Shown piece by piece: positions 42,324 to 54,636 of a stretch of 64,000 bases of DNA. A program made the translations under genes and the position numbers. Position 1 is the first letter of the stretch. Each line of letters starts with the position of its first letter. Source of the stretch: the human T2T-CHM13v2.0 reference genome, Homo sapiens; the NCBI RefSeq assembly GCF_009914755.1, contig NC_060925.1; one strand, 5' to 3'. Below the pieces are notes generated by a model. The model was given only the letters and a program-made list of their open reading frames with translations. It did no database searches and had not been told where the DNA came from.

Positions 42324-42666
42324 TGTGTTATTCTGTTGTCATGCTGCTGAGAAAGACATACCAAAGACAGACAGGGTAATTTATAAATAAAAAGAGGTTT
42401 AATGGACTCCCAGCCCCACATGGCTGGGGAGGCCACATGGCAGAAAGTGAAAGGCATATCTCACACGGCAGCAGGCAAGAGAGAGAATGAGAGCCAATCT
42501 GATGGTTATAAAACCATCAGATCTGGTGAAACGGATTGACCACCATGAGAACAGTATGGGGGAAACTGCCCCTGTGATTCGATTATCTCCCATCAGGTCC
42601 CTCCCACAACACATGGGAATTATTGGAGGGGTAAGATTTGGGTGGGGACACAGCCAAACCATATCA
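42324..42666 (-). mobile_element. THE1 LTR, the HERV-H target; its right part is also present at 47249-47417
   Basis: THE1 motifs; 5-bp TSD gtgca at 42319-42323, 42667-42671 and again at 47418-47422. Confidence 0.9.
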
Positions 42667-42842
42667 GTGCATAACTGCTGTTTAACAAATATTTGTTGAA
42701 TGTGTTAAAAGGAAATTCTTAGAAAAAGGTAAAACCATGACTAGCAGACAGATATAAATATAAACACTTGCTAGAGGATGTATTTTATGCTTATAAGATG
42801 AGGGAAGCAGGCAGATGTCAGAACCATTTCACAGCAAAAGTC
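42506..42842 (+). repeat. 337-bp direct copy of 47257-47593 flanking the HERV-H remnant
   Basis: Manual alignment gives about 8 substitutions and no indels. Confidence 0.96.
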
Positions 42843-43605
42843 TTCTGCAATGCTGCTTGACCCCAATACACAACAGTAGTTCCAAATAGCCACAAAACGG
42901 CACTTTGAATTTTTCCATCCTGCAAAATCTAAATAATTCTTGTTGTAAAATAGGCAAACGGTCTGAGGTGCCTGACGTCCAGGCATTCTTTTACACATCA
43001 GTCCTTTCCTAGTCTCTGTGCCCAGTGCAACTCATCCCAAATCTTCCTTCTTTCCCTCCCGCCTGTCCCCTCAGTACCAACCCCAAGCGTCGCTGAGTCT
43101 TTCTAATCTTCCTTTTCTACAGACCCCTCTGACCTCTCCCTTCCTCCCCAGGCTGCTCCTCGCCAGGCAGAGCTAGGTCCCAATTCTTCCTCAGCCTCTG
43201 CTCCTCCACCCTGTAATCTTTTTGTCGCCTCCCCTCCTCACCCCTGGTCCGGCTTACAGTTTCATTCCGTGACTAGCCCTCCCCCACCTGCCCAGCAATT
43301 TACCCTTAAAAAGGTGGCTGGAGCCAAAGGCATAGTCAAGGTTAATGCTCCCTTTTCTTTATCCCAAATCAGAAGCCTTTAGGCTCTTTTTCATCAAATA
43401 TAAAAACCCAGCCCAGTTCATGGCTCCTTTGGCAGCAACCCTGACACGCTTTACAGCCCTAGACCCTAAAAGGTCAAAAGGCCGTCTTATTCTCAAAATA
43501 CATTTTATTAACCAATCTGCTCCCGACATTAAATAAAACTCCAAAAATTAAATTCCGGCCCTCAAACCCCACAACAGGATTTAATTAACCTCGCCTTCAT
43601 TCAAG

Positions 43606-43842
43606 GTGTACAATAATAGAAAAAACTTGCAACTCCTTGCCTCCACTGTGAGACAAACCCCAGCCCCATCTCCAGCACACAAGAACTTCCAAACGCCTGA
43701 ACCGCAGCGGCCAGGCATTCCTCCAGAACCTCCTCCCCCAGGAGCTTGCTACACGTGCCGGAAATCTGGCCACTGGGCCAAGGAATGCCCGCTGCCCGGG
43801 ATTCCCCCTAAGCCGCGTCCCATCTGTGTGGGACCCCACTGA
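43606..43842 (+). pseudogene. gag: HERV-H gag nucleocapsid relic with a CCHC zinc knuckle
   Basis: CYTCRKSGHWAKEC at 43747-43788; the second knuckle is broken by a stop. Confidence 0.88.
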
Positions 43843-43992
43843 AAATCGGACTGTTCAACTCACCTGGCAGCCACTCCCAGAGCCCCTGGAACTCTGGCCC
43901 AAGGCTCTCTGACTGACTCCTTCCCAGATCTTCTCGGCTTAGCAGCTGAAGACTGACACTGCCCAATCGCCTCGGAAGCCCCCTAGACCATC

Positions 43993-44247
43993 ATGGACGC
44001 CGAGCTTCGGGTAACTCTCACAGTGGAAGGTAAGCCTGTCCCCTTCTTAATCAATACGGAGGCTACCCACTCCACATTACCTTCTTTTCAAGGGCCTGTT
44101 TCCCTTGCCTCCATAACTGTTGTGGGTATTGGCGCCCAGGCTTCTAAACCTCTTAAAACTCCCCAACTCTGGTGCCAACTTAGACACTACTCTTTTAAGC
44201 ACTCCTTTTTAGTTATCCCCACCTGCCCAGCTCCCTTATTAGGCTGA
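43993..44247 (+). pseudogene. pro: HERV-H protease relic (catalytic DTG motif altered to NTE)
   Basis: VTLTVEGKPVPFLINTEATHSTL...PTCPAPLLG followed by a stop. Confidence 0.85.
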
Positions 44248-44400
44248 GACACTTTAACTAAATTATCTGCTTCCCTGACTATTCCTGGACTACAGCTATA
44301 TCTCATTGCCGCCCTTCTTCCCAATCCAAAGCCTCCTTTGCATCCTCCTCTTGTATCCCCCCACCTTAACCCACAAGTATAAGATACCTCTACTCCCTCC

Positions 44401-46190
44401 TTGGCGACTGATCATGCACCCCTTACCATCTCATTAACACCTAATCACCCTTACCCCACTCAATGCCAATATCCCATCCCGCAGCACGCTTTAAAAAGAT
44501 TAAAGCCTGTTATCACTCACCTGCTACAGCATGGCCTTTTAAATGCTATAAACTCTCCTTACAATTCCCCCATTTTACCTGTCCTAAAACCAGACAAGCC
44601 TTACAGGTTAGTTCAGGATCTGTGCCTTATCAACCAAATTGTTTTGCCTATCCACCCTGTGGTGCCCAACCCGTACACTCTTGTCCTCAATCCCTTCCTC
44701 CACAACTCACTATTCCATGCTTGATCTTAAAGATGCTTTTTTCACTATTCCCCTGCACCCCTCGTCCCAGCCTCTCTTTGCTTTCACTTAGACTGACCCT
44801 GACACCCATTAGGCTCAGCAAATTACCTAGGCTATACTGCCGCAAGCCTTCACAGACAGCCCCCATTACTTCAGTCAAGCCCAAATTTCATCCTCATCTG
44901 TTACCTATCTCGGCATAGTTCTCATAAAAACATACGTGTGCTTTCCCTGCTGATTGTGTCCGATAAATCTCCCAAACCTCAATCCCTTACAAAACAACAA
45001 CTCCTTTCCTTCCTAGGCATAGTTAGTGCAGTCAGAATTCTTACACAAGAGCCAGGACCGCACCCTGTAGCCTTTCTGTGCAAACGACTTGACCTTACTG
45101 TTTTAGCCTAGCCCTCATGTCTGCGTGCAGCGGCTGCCACTGCTTTAATACTTTTAGAGGCCCTCAAAATCACAAACTGTGCTCAACTCACTCTCTACAG
45201 TTCTCTTAACTTCTGAAATCTATTTTCTTCCTCATACCTGATGCATATACTTTCTGCTTTCCGGCTCCTTCAGCTATACTCACTCTTTGTTGAGTCTCCC
45301 ACAATTACCATTGTTCCTGGCCCGGACTTCAATCCGGCCTCCCACATTATTCCTGATACCACACCTGACCCCCATGACTGTATCTCTCTGATCCACCTGA
45401 CATTCACCCCATTTCCCCAAATTTCCTTCTTTCCTGTTCCTCACCCTGATCACGCTTGATTTATTGATGGCGGTTCCACCAGGCCTAATCGCCACACACC
45501 AGCAAAGGCAGGTTATGCTATAGTACAAGCCACTAGCCCGCCTCTCAGAACCTCTCATTTCCTTTCCATCGTGTAAATCTATCCTCAAGGAAATAACTTC
45601 TCAGTGTTCCATCTGCTATTCTACTACTCCTCAGGGATTATTCAGGCCCCCTCCCTTCCCTACACGTCAAGCTCAAGGATTTGCCCCCACCCAGGACTAG
45701 CAAATTAGCTTTATTCAACATGCCTGAGTCAGGAAACTAAAATACCTCTTAGTCTAAATAGACACTTTGTCACTGAATAAGTAAAGGCCTTTCCTACAGG
45801 GTCTGAGAAGGCCACCGCAGTCATTTCTTCCCTTCTGTCAGACATAATTCCTCAGTTTAGCCTTCCCACCTCTATACAGTCTGATAACAGAAGGGCCTTT
45901 ATTAGTCAAAACAGCCAAGCAGTTTTTCAGGCTCTTAGTATTCAGTGAAACCTTTATATCCCTTATGGTCCTCCGTCTTCAAGAAAGGTAGAATGGACTA
46001 AAGATCTTTTAAAAACACACCTCACCAAGCTCAGCCACCAACTTAAAAAGGACTGGACAATATTTTTACCACTTTCCCTTCTCAGAATTCAGGCCTGTCC
46101 TCGGAATGCTACACGGTACAGTCCATTTAAGCTCCTGTATAGACGCTCCTTTTTATTAGGCCCCAGTCTCATTCCAGACACCAGACCAAC
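44401..46190 (+). pseudogene. pol: HERV-H pol relic (RT N-terminus, RNase H and integrase fragments; stops, frameshifts, deletions)
   Basis: [28 protein letters not shown] and VVPNPYTL; frameshifted [11 protein letters not shown] near 44723; IQSDN near 45873. Confidence 0.88.
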
Positions 46191-46797
46191 TTAGACTGTG
46201 CCCCCCCCAAAAAAAAAACAAAAAAACTTGTCATCCCTACTATTTTCTGTCTAGTCATACTCCTATTCACCGTTCTCAACTACTCATACATGCCCTGCTC
46301 TTGTTTACACTGCCGGTTTACACTGTTTTTCCAAGCCATCACAGCTGATATCTCCTGGTGCTATCCCCAAACTGCCACTCTTAACTCTTGAAGTAAATAA
46401 ATAATCTTTGCTGGCAGGACTATGCCGAATCTCCTTAAGAACTCTCTAATCAGATATCCTGAGTCGTCCCAATTCTTAGAACTTTTATACCTGTTTTTCT
46501 CCTTCTGTTATTCCATTTAGTTTTTCAATTCATACAAAACCGTATCCAGGCCATCACCAATCATTCTATACGACAAATGTTTCTTCTAACATCCCCACAA
46601 TATCACTCCTTACCACAAGACCTCCCTTCAGCTTAATCTCTCCCACTCTAGGTTCCCACACCGCCCCAATCCCGCTTGAAGCAGCCCTGAGAAACATCGC
46701 CCATTCTCTCTCCATACCACCCCCCAAAAATTTTCGCTGCCCCAACGCTTCGACACTATTTTGTTTTATTTTTCTTATTAATATAAGAAGGCAGGAA

Positions 46798-47248
46798 TGT
46801 CAGGCCTCTGAGCCCAAGATAAGCCATCACATCCCCTGTGACTTGCAGGTATACGCCCAGACAGCCTGAAGTAACTGAAGAATCACAAAAGAAGTGAATA
46901 CACCCTGCCCCGCCTTAACTGATGACATTCCACCACAAAAGAAGTGCAAATGGCCGGTCCTTGCCTTAAGTGATGACATTACCTTGTGAAAGTCCTTTTC
47001 CTGGCTCATCCTGGCTCAAAAACACCCCCACTGAGCACCTTGCGACCCCTACTCCTGCCCGCCAGAGAACAAACCCCCTTGACTGTAATTTTCCTTTACC
47101 TACCCAAATCCTATAAAACGGCCCCACCCTTATCTCCCTTCACTGACTCTCTTTTCGGACTCAGCCCGCCGGCACCCAGGTGAAATAAACAGCCATGTTG
47201 CTCACACAAAGCCTGTTTGGTGGTCTCTTCACACGGACACGCATGAAA
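46798..47248 (+). mobile_element. LTR7 (HERV-H 3' LTR), full length, 451 bp
   Basis: tgtcaggcctctgagcccaag ... cacacggacacgcatgaaa, with tandem U3 repeats. Confidence 0.96.
46885..47189 (+). promoter_or_regulatory. LTR7 promoter and polyA elements
   Basis: ACAAAAGA (SOX-like) at 46885-46892 and 46935-46942, TATAAAA at 47112-47118, AATAAA at 47184-47189. The sequence alone does not show activity. Confidence 0.65.
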
Positions 47249-48576
47249 GGTTTCACTTATAAAACCATCAGATCTGGTGAAACGGATTGACCACCACGAG
47301 AACAGTATGGGGGAAACTGCCCCTGTGATTCAATTATCTCCCATCAGGTCCCTCCCACAACACATGGGAATTATGGGCGGGATAAGATTTGGGTGGGGAC
47401 ACAGCAAAACCATATCAGTGCATAACTGCTGTTTAACAAATATTTGTTGAATGCGTTAAAAGGAAATTCTTAGAAAAAGGTAAAACCATGACTAGCAGAC
47501 AGATATAAATATAAACACTTGCTAGAGGATGTATTTTATGCTTATAAGATGAGGGAAGCAGGCAGATGTCAGAACCATTTCACAGCAAAGGTCAAAACAG
47601 CACAAATCTATGTCTAGTAAAGGAGAGTTGAGATGAATTGCAAATGGAGACAAAATTGTTTCTTTCAAAGTAGGAGGAAGTCAATTTAAACCACTACCAG
47701 CTAGGACAGTATTTACATATCTATCACTTACCTACAATTCACAAAGAGTTTCAGAATAGCTGGGAGATAATGGGCAAGGCTGCAATCTGATAGCTCAGAG
47801 GACATGGGATAGGCAGTGCAGTTTTCCCCTGAAACACAAAAATGTTTTATCTACGAATGAATGAATCACTGGTGTCATCTTGACATGCAGTGAAGAGAGA
47901 ACATTAATCAATAGAAACAACTTTAAGTCAGGACCTTGGGTACAAGATAACAGTTACCACGTTTGAGACAAGTCATTGTGTTCCCAAGTTGTGTGTCTGT
48001 CCAGGCCGCTCCGGCAGAGACGTGGAGCCATGCCTGTGGCTCACGGCTGTGATCCGCATCCTTGTGGCTGCAGGGAGAGTTGCAGGGCAAACTCTGCCCT
48101 GATCCTTTTGAGCCCATGGTGTGAGCATTTCTACTCAAAGCAGGCTTAACTGTAGCAACATGTTACTCCAGAATTGTACCTTGTATCTGTTAGATTTCAT
48201 AGGCAGTAGTGGTTTTTTCTTTCACTGTGCTCCCTTTATGAGCCAAAATGATCCCTGATGCTCTTATTCATAACTGCTGGAGCAGGACTTGCAGGAAGCC
48301 TGGGCCTGACGGTGATATTTCCACTGCCTGGCTGATGACCTGGCACGAGGGACTCGCACTGAGGCTGAAGTTAGCAACTGTGCATTGGCTGCATGGCTGA
48401 TTGGCAAGGGGAAGGCTCTCAGCCCTTCTCTGCCCCCTGTGTGTTCTGCTGGGAATGAAAGCTCTTTGCAGGCACAGAGGGGAGTGGCTCCCCTTTGTAA
48501 ACAAAATGACTGATGTCCCTCTCCATCCTTCTTTCATGAGTGAAATTCAGTAGCATCTTTATTTAAAAAACAAAAT

Positions 48577-48863
48577 GAGCAGGGTACGGTGTCTCACGCT
48601 TGTAATCCCAGCACTTTGGGAGGCCAAGGCAGGAGGATCATGAGGTCAGGAATTCAAGACCAGCCTGGCCAACACAGTGAAACCCCTTCTCTACTAAAAA
48701 TACAAAAATTAGTTGGGCGTGGTGGTAGGCACCTGTAGTCCCAGGCAGGGGAATCACTTGAACACGGAAGGTGGAGGTTGAGCCGAGATTGTGCCACTGC
48801 ACTCCAGCCTGGGCAATAGAGCTAGATTCCATCTCACAAAAAAAAAAAAAAAAAAAAAAAAAA
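48577..48863 (+). mobile_element. AluS with small deletions
   Basis: Alu dimer, poly-A. Confidence 0.92.
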
Positions 48864-48972
48864 GGTTAAAAGTTTTCATTCATTTGTTAAATAACTAAAA
48901 AGTGCCTGTCAGTGGTCAAGGACCTTCATATGTAAAATATCTGATGATTATAACAAATCAGAGCACTTAATG

Positions 48973-49452
48973 TCCATTCACCCATCCATCCACCCACTCC
49001 TACCCACTTCCACACCCACCTACCTATCCACTTATTCACCCATCCATCTGTCTATCCACCTATCCACTTTCACACCCACCCACTCATCCTTTCATTCATC
49101 CATCCATCCACTCACCCATCTCCGCAACCACCCCCCCATCCATTCATTCATCCATCCACCCACCCACGCATTCATCCTATCCACCCATCCATGTATTCAT
49201 CCATCAAAGTATCCAGCTATCCATTCATTCATCCATCCATCCATCCAACCACCCAGACATTCATCCCATCCACCCATTCATGTATTCATCCATCAAACTA
49301 TCCATTCATTCCTCCATCCACTCACCTACTTACACACCCACTCACCCATCCAATCATTAATTCATCCATCCATCCATCCATCCTCCTACCCACACATTCT
49401 TCCCATCTATCCATTCATGTATCATCCACCCATATATCCACCTATCTATCCC
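48973..49452. repeat. Degenerate (CCAT)n/(CCAC)n repeat
   Basis: Direct reading; it produces the H/P/S/I-rich spurious ORFs. Confidence 0.95.
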
Positions 49453-49559
49453 CCCTTTTGTCCATTTTTTATTAAATGTTATTCTGTGGACCAGAAATTG
49501 TGGTAGGCACACAGCAAGATGAGCAAGAAAGACACCATCTCTGCCCTCAGGCAGAGTTA

Positions 49560-50200
49560 GGGAACAAACTCAGTCTATCAGCAAAACCTATTGGCTCTAT
49601 ATTCAAAATATATCCAGAATTTGACCACTTCTCACCACCCCAATGCTACCATCTTGCCCTTACCTGGTAAGTAGACAAGGAGCAATCACCATCCCCATCA
49701 AGACCTGCAGGGACCTGGTGATCGTGTCCTACCTTGTCCTCTGACCTCGTTTCTTATTTCTTTCTTCCTTCCTTGGTTGGCTTCAGGTGCTCTGGGCTCC
49801 ACATCAAGCTTCCTTCAGCGTAGGAGACATAGGCCAGCCCTAGAGTGTCTGTGTAGACTGTCCCCTTGGCCCCTCTTCTTGGCCACTCTTCCAATAGGTA
49901 ACAGCATGGCTGATGCCCCCACCTCCTTTACACCTCTGCTTAGTTGTTCTTCTCAATGAGGCCTTAAAAATGACAATCCACGTCCTACCCTGGCCCTCCT
50001 TTCCCCTTCACCCAGCCCCACTTTATATTTTGTCCCTTCTACCTAGACACTTTTTTAAAATGTGTCTCCCTTGGCCAATTGGAATGGAAGCTCCAAGGAG
50101 CAGGGACATTTGTCTGTTGCTCCCTGTTGTGTCCCAGATGCTCACAACAATGCCCAACACAGGGTGGAACTCAGCCAGTCTTTGTTGAATGAATGAAGGA
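49560..50200 (+). mobile_element. L2 3' fragment
   Basis: tcaaaatatatccagaatttgaccacttctcacc; gaagctccaaggagcagggac; end ttgttgaatgaatgaa. Confidence 0.8.
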
Positions 50201-50237
50201 AGGAAAGAATCAGCTAAGCAAAGAAAGTTGAATTAGT

Positions 50238-51050
50238 ACAGCAGTTTCCAGCTATGGGGGCAATTTTGCCCTGGAGACAATGATGGGGATCAGAAAACAC
50301 ACCCTAAAATATGCCACTTTGGCATAAAGGTTATTTTAAGCTGAAGACACTTGAGATTCAACAGATGCAGGAAAAAAAAGCCCTCAGAACTTTAGTTTTC
50401 TGACCCAAAGCAACAATCTTTGGGAAGTGAGGCTGCCATAAATTTCTCTTTAAGTCAAATCTACTTCCAGAAGGTAGAACGGGAATAAAAACTACCCCAA
50501 ATCTCTCTCCAGGGTCGTTTTATGTCCCCAAAGGAGGCAGAAAGACCGCTCACACCTGAATAGACAAACATTATCACAAACTTTATCTAGTCTTTGTTCT
50601 CCTGAAAACCCATTTATCTTTCCAAAAAGCCATTTTTCTCCCCTGTAAGTGCCTTTTCCCTCCCACTTCATGTATTAAGATGGTAAATAAACCCCAGATT
50701 CTAACCACCCCTTGAGTTACTCATCACTGAGTTCTCTATGTGTGCTTTGCATGTGTAAATAAAATCTTTCCCCTTCTCTTAATCTGCCTTTTGTCAGTTT
50801 AAGTTTCACTGAACCTAAGAGGGTGAAGGAAAGGTGTTTTTCTCCTCCCCTGCTAGGACATCTCGGAGTGTATGGAGACATGCCTTATTGTCCGTTGACA
50901 GGACTTGGCAGGGTGCTTAGTGGCATTTAATGGGTAGAGATCAGAGATGCTACTAACCATCCTACAATGTGGCCTACAATCCTACAGGGCAGCCCCCACA
51001 CTGACAAGGAATTATCTGAAACAAAACATCAATAGTATAGAGAAACCCTG
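50238..51050. mobile_element. MER20 hAT relic split by an LTR
   Basis: ggggcaattttgccc on the left; tggcatttaatgggtagag...gatgctactaaccatcctacaatg...agaaaccctg on the right. Confidence 0.75.
50281..50852 (+). mobile_element. MER34-group ERV1 solo LTR
   Basis: aaaatatgccactttggcataa.gg.tattttaagctgaag; aataaa near 50758; end tttttctcctcccct. Confidence 0.7.
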
Positions 51051-51079
51051 AGCCAGTGGTTATAAATGGTGTTTAAAAA

Positions 51080-51900
51080 ATCACTTTATTGAAGTAAGAG
51101 TAATGTACCAATAAATGCACCTATTTAAGTGCACAGTTTGAAGAGTTTTGACGGATGCATACACCCCTGTACTCGTGACTTCACTTCAGAAAGAAAATAT
51201 TTACATGTTTCTAAAATGCAAAATCATGCCCCTTTCAGTCAATCCCTTCCCCTCCTCAGACAACCACTGATCTCATCATTCTCACCATAGCTTAGCTTTC
51301 CCACTCTAGAACTTCATGTGAATAAAAGTATGTGTGTTTCGTATTGGGTTTCTTTTGTGCAAAACCATGTGTTTGAGATTCCCCTAGTTACATGTATCAG
51401 CAGTTTCTTCATTTTTATTGCTCAGTCGTATTCCATTGTGTGAATATATTACATTTTTTTTAATCCATTCTCCTGCTAATGGACATTGAAATTATTTCCA
51501 GTTCTTGGCTATAAAGAATAAAGCTGCTATGGACACTCGTAGAGTCCATTTGTGGACATAGGTTTTTATTTCTCTTTATCAATACCCAGGCATAAAATTG
51601 TTGGGTCTTAGGGTAGACCTAACCACATGAGAAAGTGCCAAATGGTTTTCCAAAATGAGAGTACCATTTTAATTTTAATTTTTTTTATTTTTTATTTTTA
51701 TTTTAGAACTGGGGGTACATGTGAAGGTTCTTTACATAGATAAACATGTCATGGAGGTTTGCTGAAGAGTATCATTTTAGTCCCGCTAGCAATCTATGAC
51801 AGTTTTTGGAATTGGCCATTGTGTTAATTTCAGCCATACAAGTGGGTGGGGAGTGGTATTCACAGAAGTTGAATTGGGGCATTTATCAAAGTTTTGGTTA
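51080..51900 (-). mobile_element. Old L1M 3' fragment containing a short younger L1 3' end (51672-51765)
   Basis: gtattccattgtgtgaatat and aataaagctgctat motifs; the nested piece has TSD agagtaYcatttta at 51658-51671 and 51766-51779. Confidence 0.8.
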
Positions 51901-52490
51901 TTCTAAGTGAATTCAGATGTCTCCCTCTTTCCATAAGGTCCCTATAACCAAATACTGTGACACGATTAGATCTCAAAACGGTAAGATCTTGGGTCTGCTG
52001 GACCTGGAAGTTGCTAGTCTGGGGGATGAACAGAGCATGAGGTGGCTGGATCTGGGAACAGCAAGATCATCACACAACAATGCTGCTAGTCTTCAAAACG
52101 GTGACACCACAATGCAAAAGCGTGAGGTTTCTTTTCTGCTCGGGCACAGCTGTTACTTTCTCGGCAAAAATTTCACAGAAGAGTATAACTAAGGAGAAAA
52201 GATTATCCTAATATATGGGGTGTCACCAAGTTCAAATCCGACAAACCAGCCACAGGTGTGACTGCATTCAGCTGCTTTCCCGCCCATGGGCAAGTCCGCC
52301 GTTCTTAGCAGGCTTTTAGCTCTGTTTTACCTGACCTTGGTTTGACCATTTGCTCTTCTGTTCACCTAGGGAAGATTTATCCCTCTGGAGTTTAGTTCTC
52401 AAAAATTTCCTTCTGTACTTCTTTCTTCAGTGGCTTAAAAGAAAAGCTTCGTTTTGGTGATTTCTTGTGGTTTCATCAGAAACAAACTTA

Positions 52491-52804
<314 letters not shown>

Positions 52805-53109
52805 GAACTTATTTCACTGTCTTCTGTATGCCAAATGGGAGTGGAATCTCTCATTACAGCAACGTGTGGCAAATCCCAGAAGAATGGAATCACAGGATGC
52901 TCTAGAAACCCAGAGACAAGTAACTAATTTGAGGAGTCAAGGAAGACAGTCTAGAGGAAGCTAGAGTAAAAATCATTGGTAGGAAGTGTCCGGAAACAGG
53001 GGGAAGGTGCAGAGTGTTTCAAACCAGGGAAACAAGAGTCAGGGGAGAGTACAGACAAGGAGGAAAATGAAAGAATATGAAGGCAGGAATGGCAAAAATA
53101 AAGCTGGAT

Positions 53110-53558
53110 CTGGTTTCTTCAATATGGTAGCCTCTAGTCCCCTGTGGCTATTGGGCATTTGAGACGAAACGGGTCCAGGTTGAGACGAGGTGTCACTATT
53201 CAGCTATATACACAGGACTTCAAATCCAGCTATAAATCACTGGATTTATAGTATACACTAGACATTTGTAGATAATCTATAATTTATAATTATAGATAGA
53301 TCCATAATTTATAGATTTATACTCTAAATCTACTATAAATCCAGCTATACACCCTGGATTTCAAAGACTGCAAGAAAAATATCTCTAACAATTTTTGTAT
53401 TGATAATATGTTGAAATGATATTTCAGATATATTAGGTTAAATATAATATATTATTAAAATTAATGTCATCTGCTTGTTTTTAATTTTTTCAATGTGTCT
53501 ACTGGGAAATTTAAAACTATATTTGCAGTGTGCATTCCATTTTTATTGGGTAGTGCTA
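53110..53558. mobile_element. MER33-like hAT relic with a hairpin-rich internal insertion
   Basis: caatatggtagcc..tagtc...tgtggctattg; atgttgaaatgatattt; attattaaaattaat. Confidence 0.75.
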
Positions 53559-53987
53559 GGCTAGAAACTCATGCAGCACCAGATCCTGAAGGGCCCTAAA
53601 AGCTATCATGCGGGGTTTGAAGGGTGCACAAAGTAAATAGAAATGATAGGATCTGATTGATGGGTTGGGATTTTAGAGAGCTAGTAAATATCTCCTGTTT
53701 TCCGGAGTTCTGAATTAATCCACTGGCATAGTGGACAACCGTAGGACCCCTGGAGGCAGGCTCCTGTTATAACGTGGTATGAGAACGGATGTTCTCTGTG
53801 GTCAGAAAGATCGCAGAGTAAGCAGAAAGGAACAGGCTGAAATGAGTATGCCTCACTTCTCCTAAACTTGCCTACCCAGAAATCTTTCCTTTTCTGGGCA
53901 GAAGTGAAAGAGGGACTGAGGGAAACCAGGAGTTGGGAAGTACCCAGAGGTCCAACGTTACTCCTCCAAGCTTTCTCAATGATATGG

Positions 53988-54588
53988 GATGATTTTCCTT
54001 TTGCAGTTGTAACAAATAATCAAAAACTTAGTGGCTTAAAACAATGTATATGTATTATCTCCCAGCCCTGGAGAAGTCCAGGTCAGCTCAGCTGGTTTCT
54101 CTACTCTGGTTCTCAGAGGCTAAAATCAAGGTGTCAGCTAGACCGAGTTTCCATCTAAATGTTTGGAAAGGATCATTCAGATGGTTGACGGAATTCAGCT
54201 CTGTGCTGTTGTGGGACTGAGGGTTCCACTTCCTCATGGGCTGCAGGCTGTGGCCACCATCCCCTCTCAGGGGCCTCTCTACAGTCCTAGCACAGCAGGC
54301 CCACCTCTCAGAGCCTGCTCACATTTGGACTCTTTAGGGCCTCCTGTTTTGCTGAATCTCTTCTGATTGCCTCTTCTTCCAACTCAGAGAAAAACCTCTT
54401 CTTTTACAGACTCCTGTGATTAGATGAGTCCTGCTCAAATAATCCAGGATCATCTCTCCCTGGCTCAAGGTCCATAATCATAATCCCATCTATAAAGTTC
54501 CCTTTACCATGTAAGGCCACAGATTCACAGATTTGGGGATTAGGATGTGCACGTCTTCCAGGGGAACTCTCACTGTTCCACCTACCAT
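53988..54588 (-). mobile_element. MLT1 (D/E-like) MaLR LTR
   Basis: gtaacaaat...aaacttagtggcttaaaacaa; gggattaggatgtg. Confidence 0.75.
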
Positions 54589-54636
54589 ACATCCTAAATG
54601 AAATACAGAGATATCCTATATTTAAATATGTACATT

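Larger units (their letters stand above)
42841..46797 (+). mobile_element. HERV-H internal region, lacking the 5' LTR/PBS/leader, with deleted pol/env
   Basis: Starts abruptly at tcttctgcaatgc...ttgaccccaataca. It has gag, pro, RT and integrase relics and the PPT aagaaggcaggaa at 46785-46797. Confidence 0.95.

Noticed and set aside
43606-46190. Functional HERV-H Gag/Pol
   Set aside because: It has multiple stops and frameshifts, an altered protease catalytic motif, large pol/env deletions and no 5' LTR.
42506-47593. 337-bp flanking repeats as LTRs of a new element or as a giant TSD
   Set aside because: They lack TG...CA ends and consist of a THE1 piece plus unique flank. Retroviral TSDs are 4-6 bp, and the real LTR7 is present inside.
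48970-49506. 178-aa H/P/S-rich ORF
   Set aside because: It is the translation of a degenerate (CCAT)n repeat.
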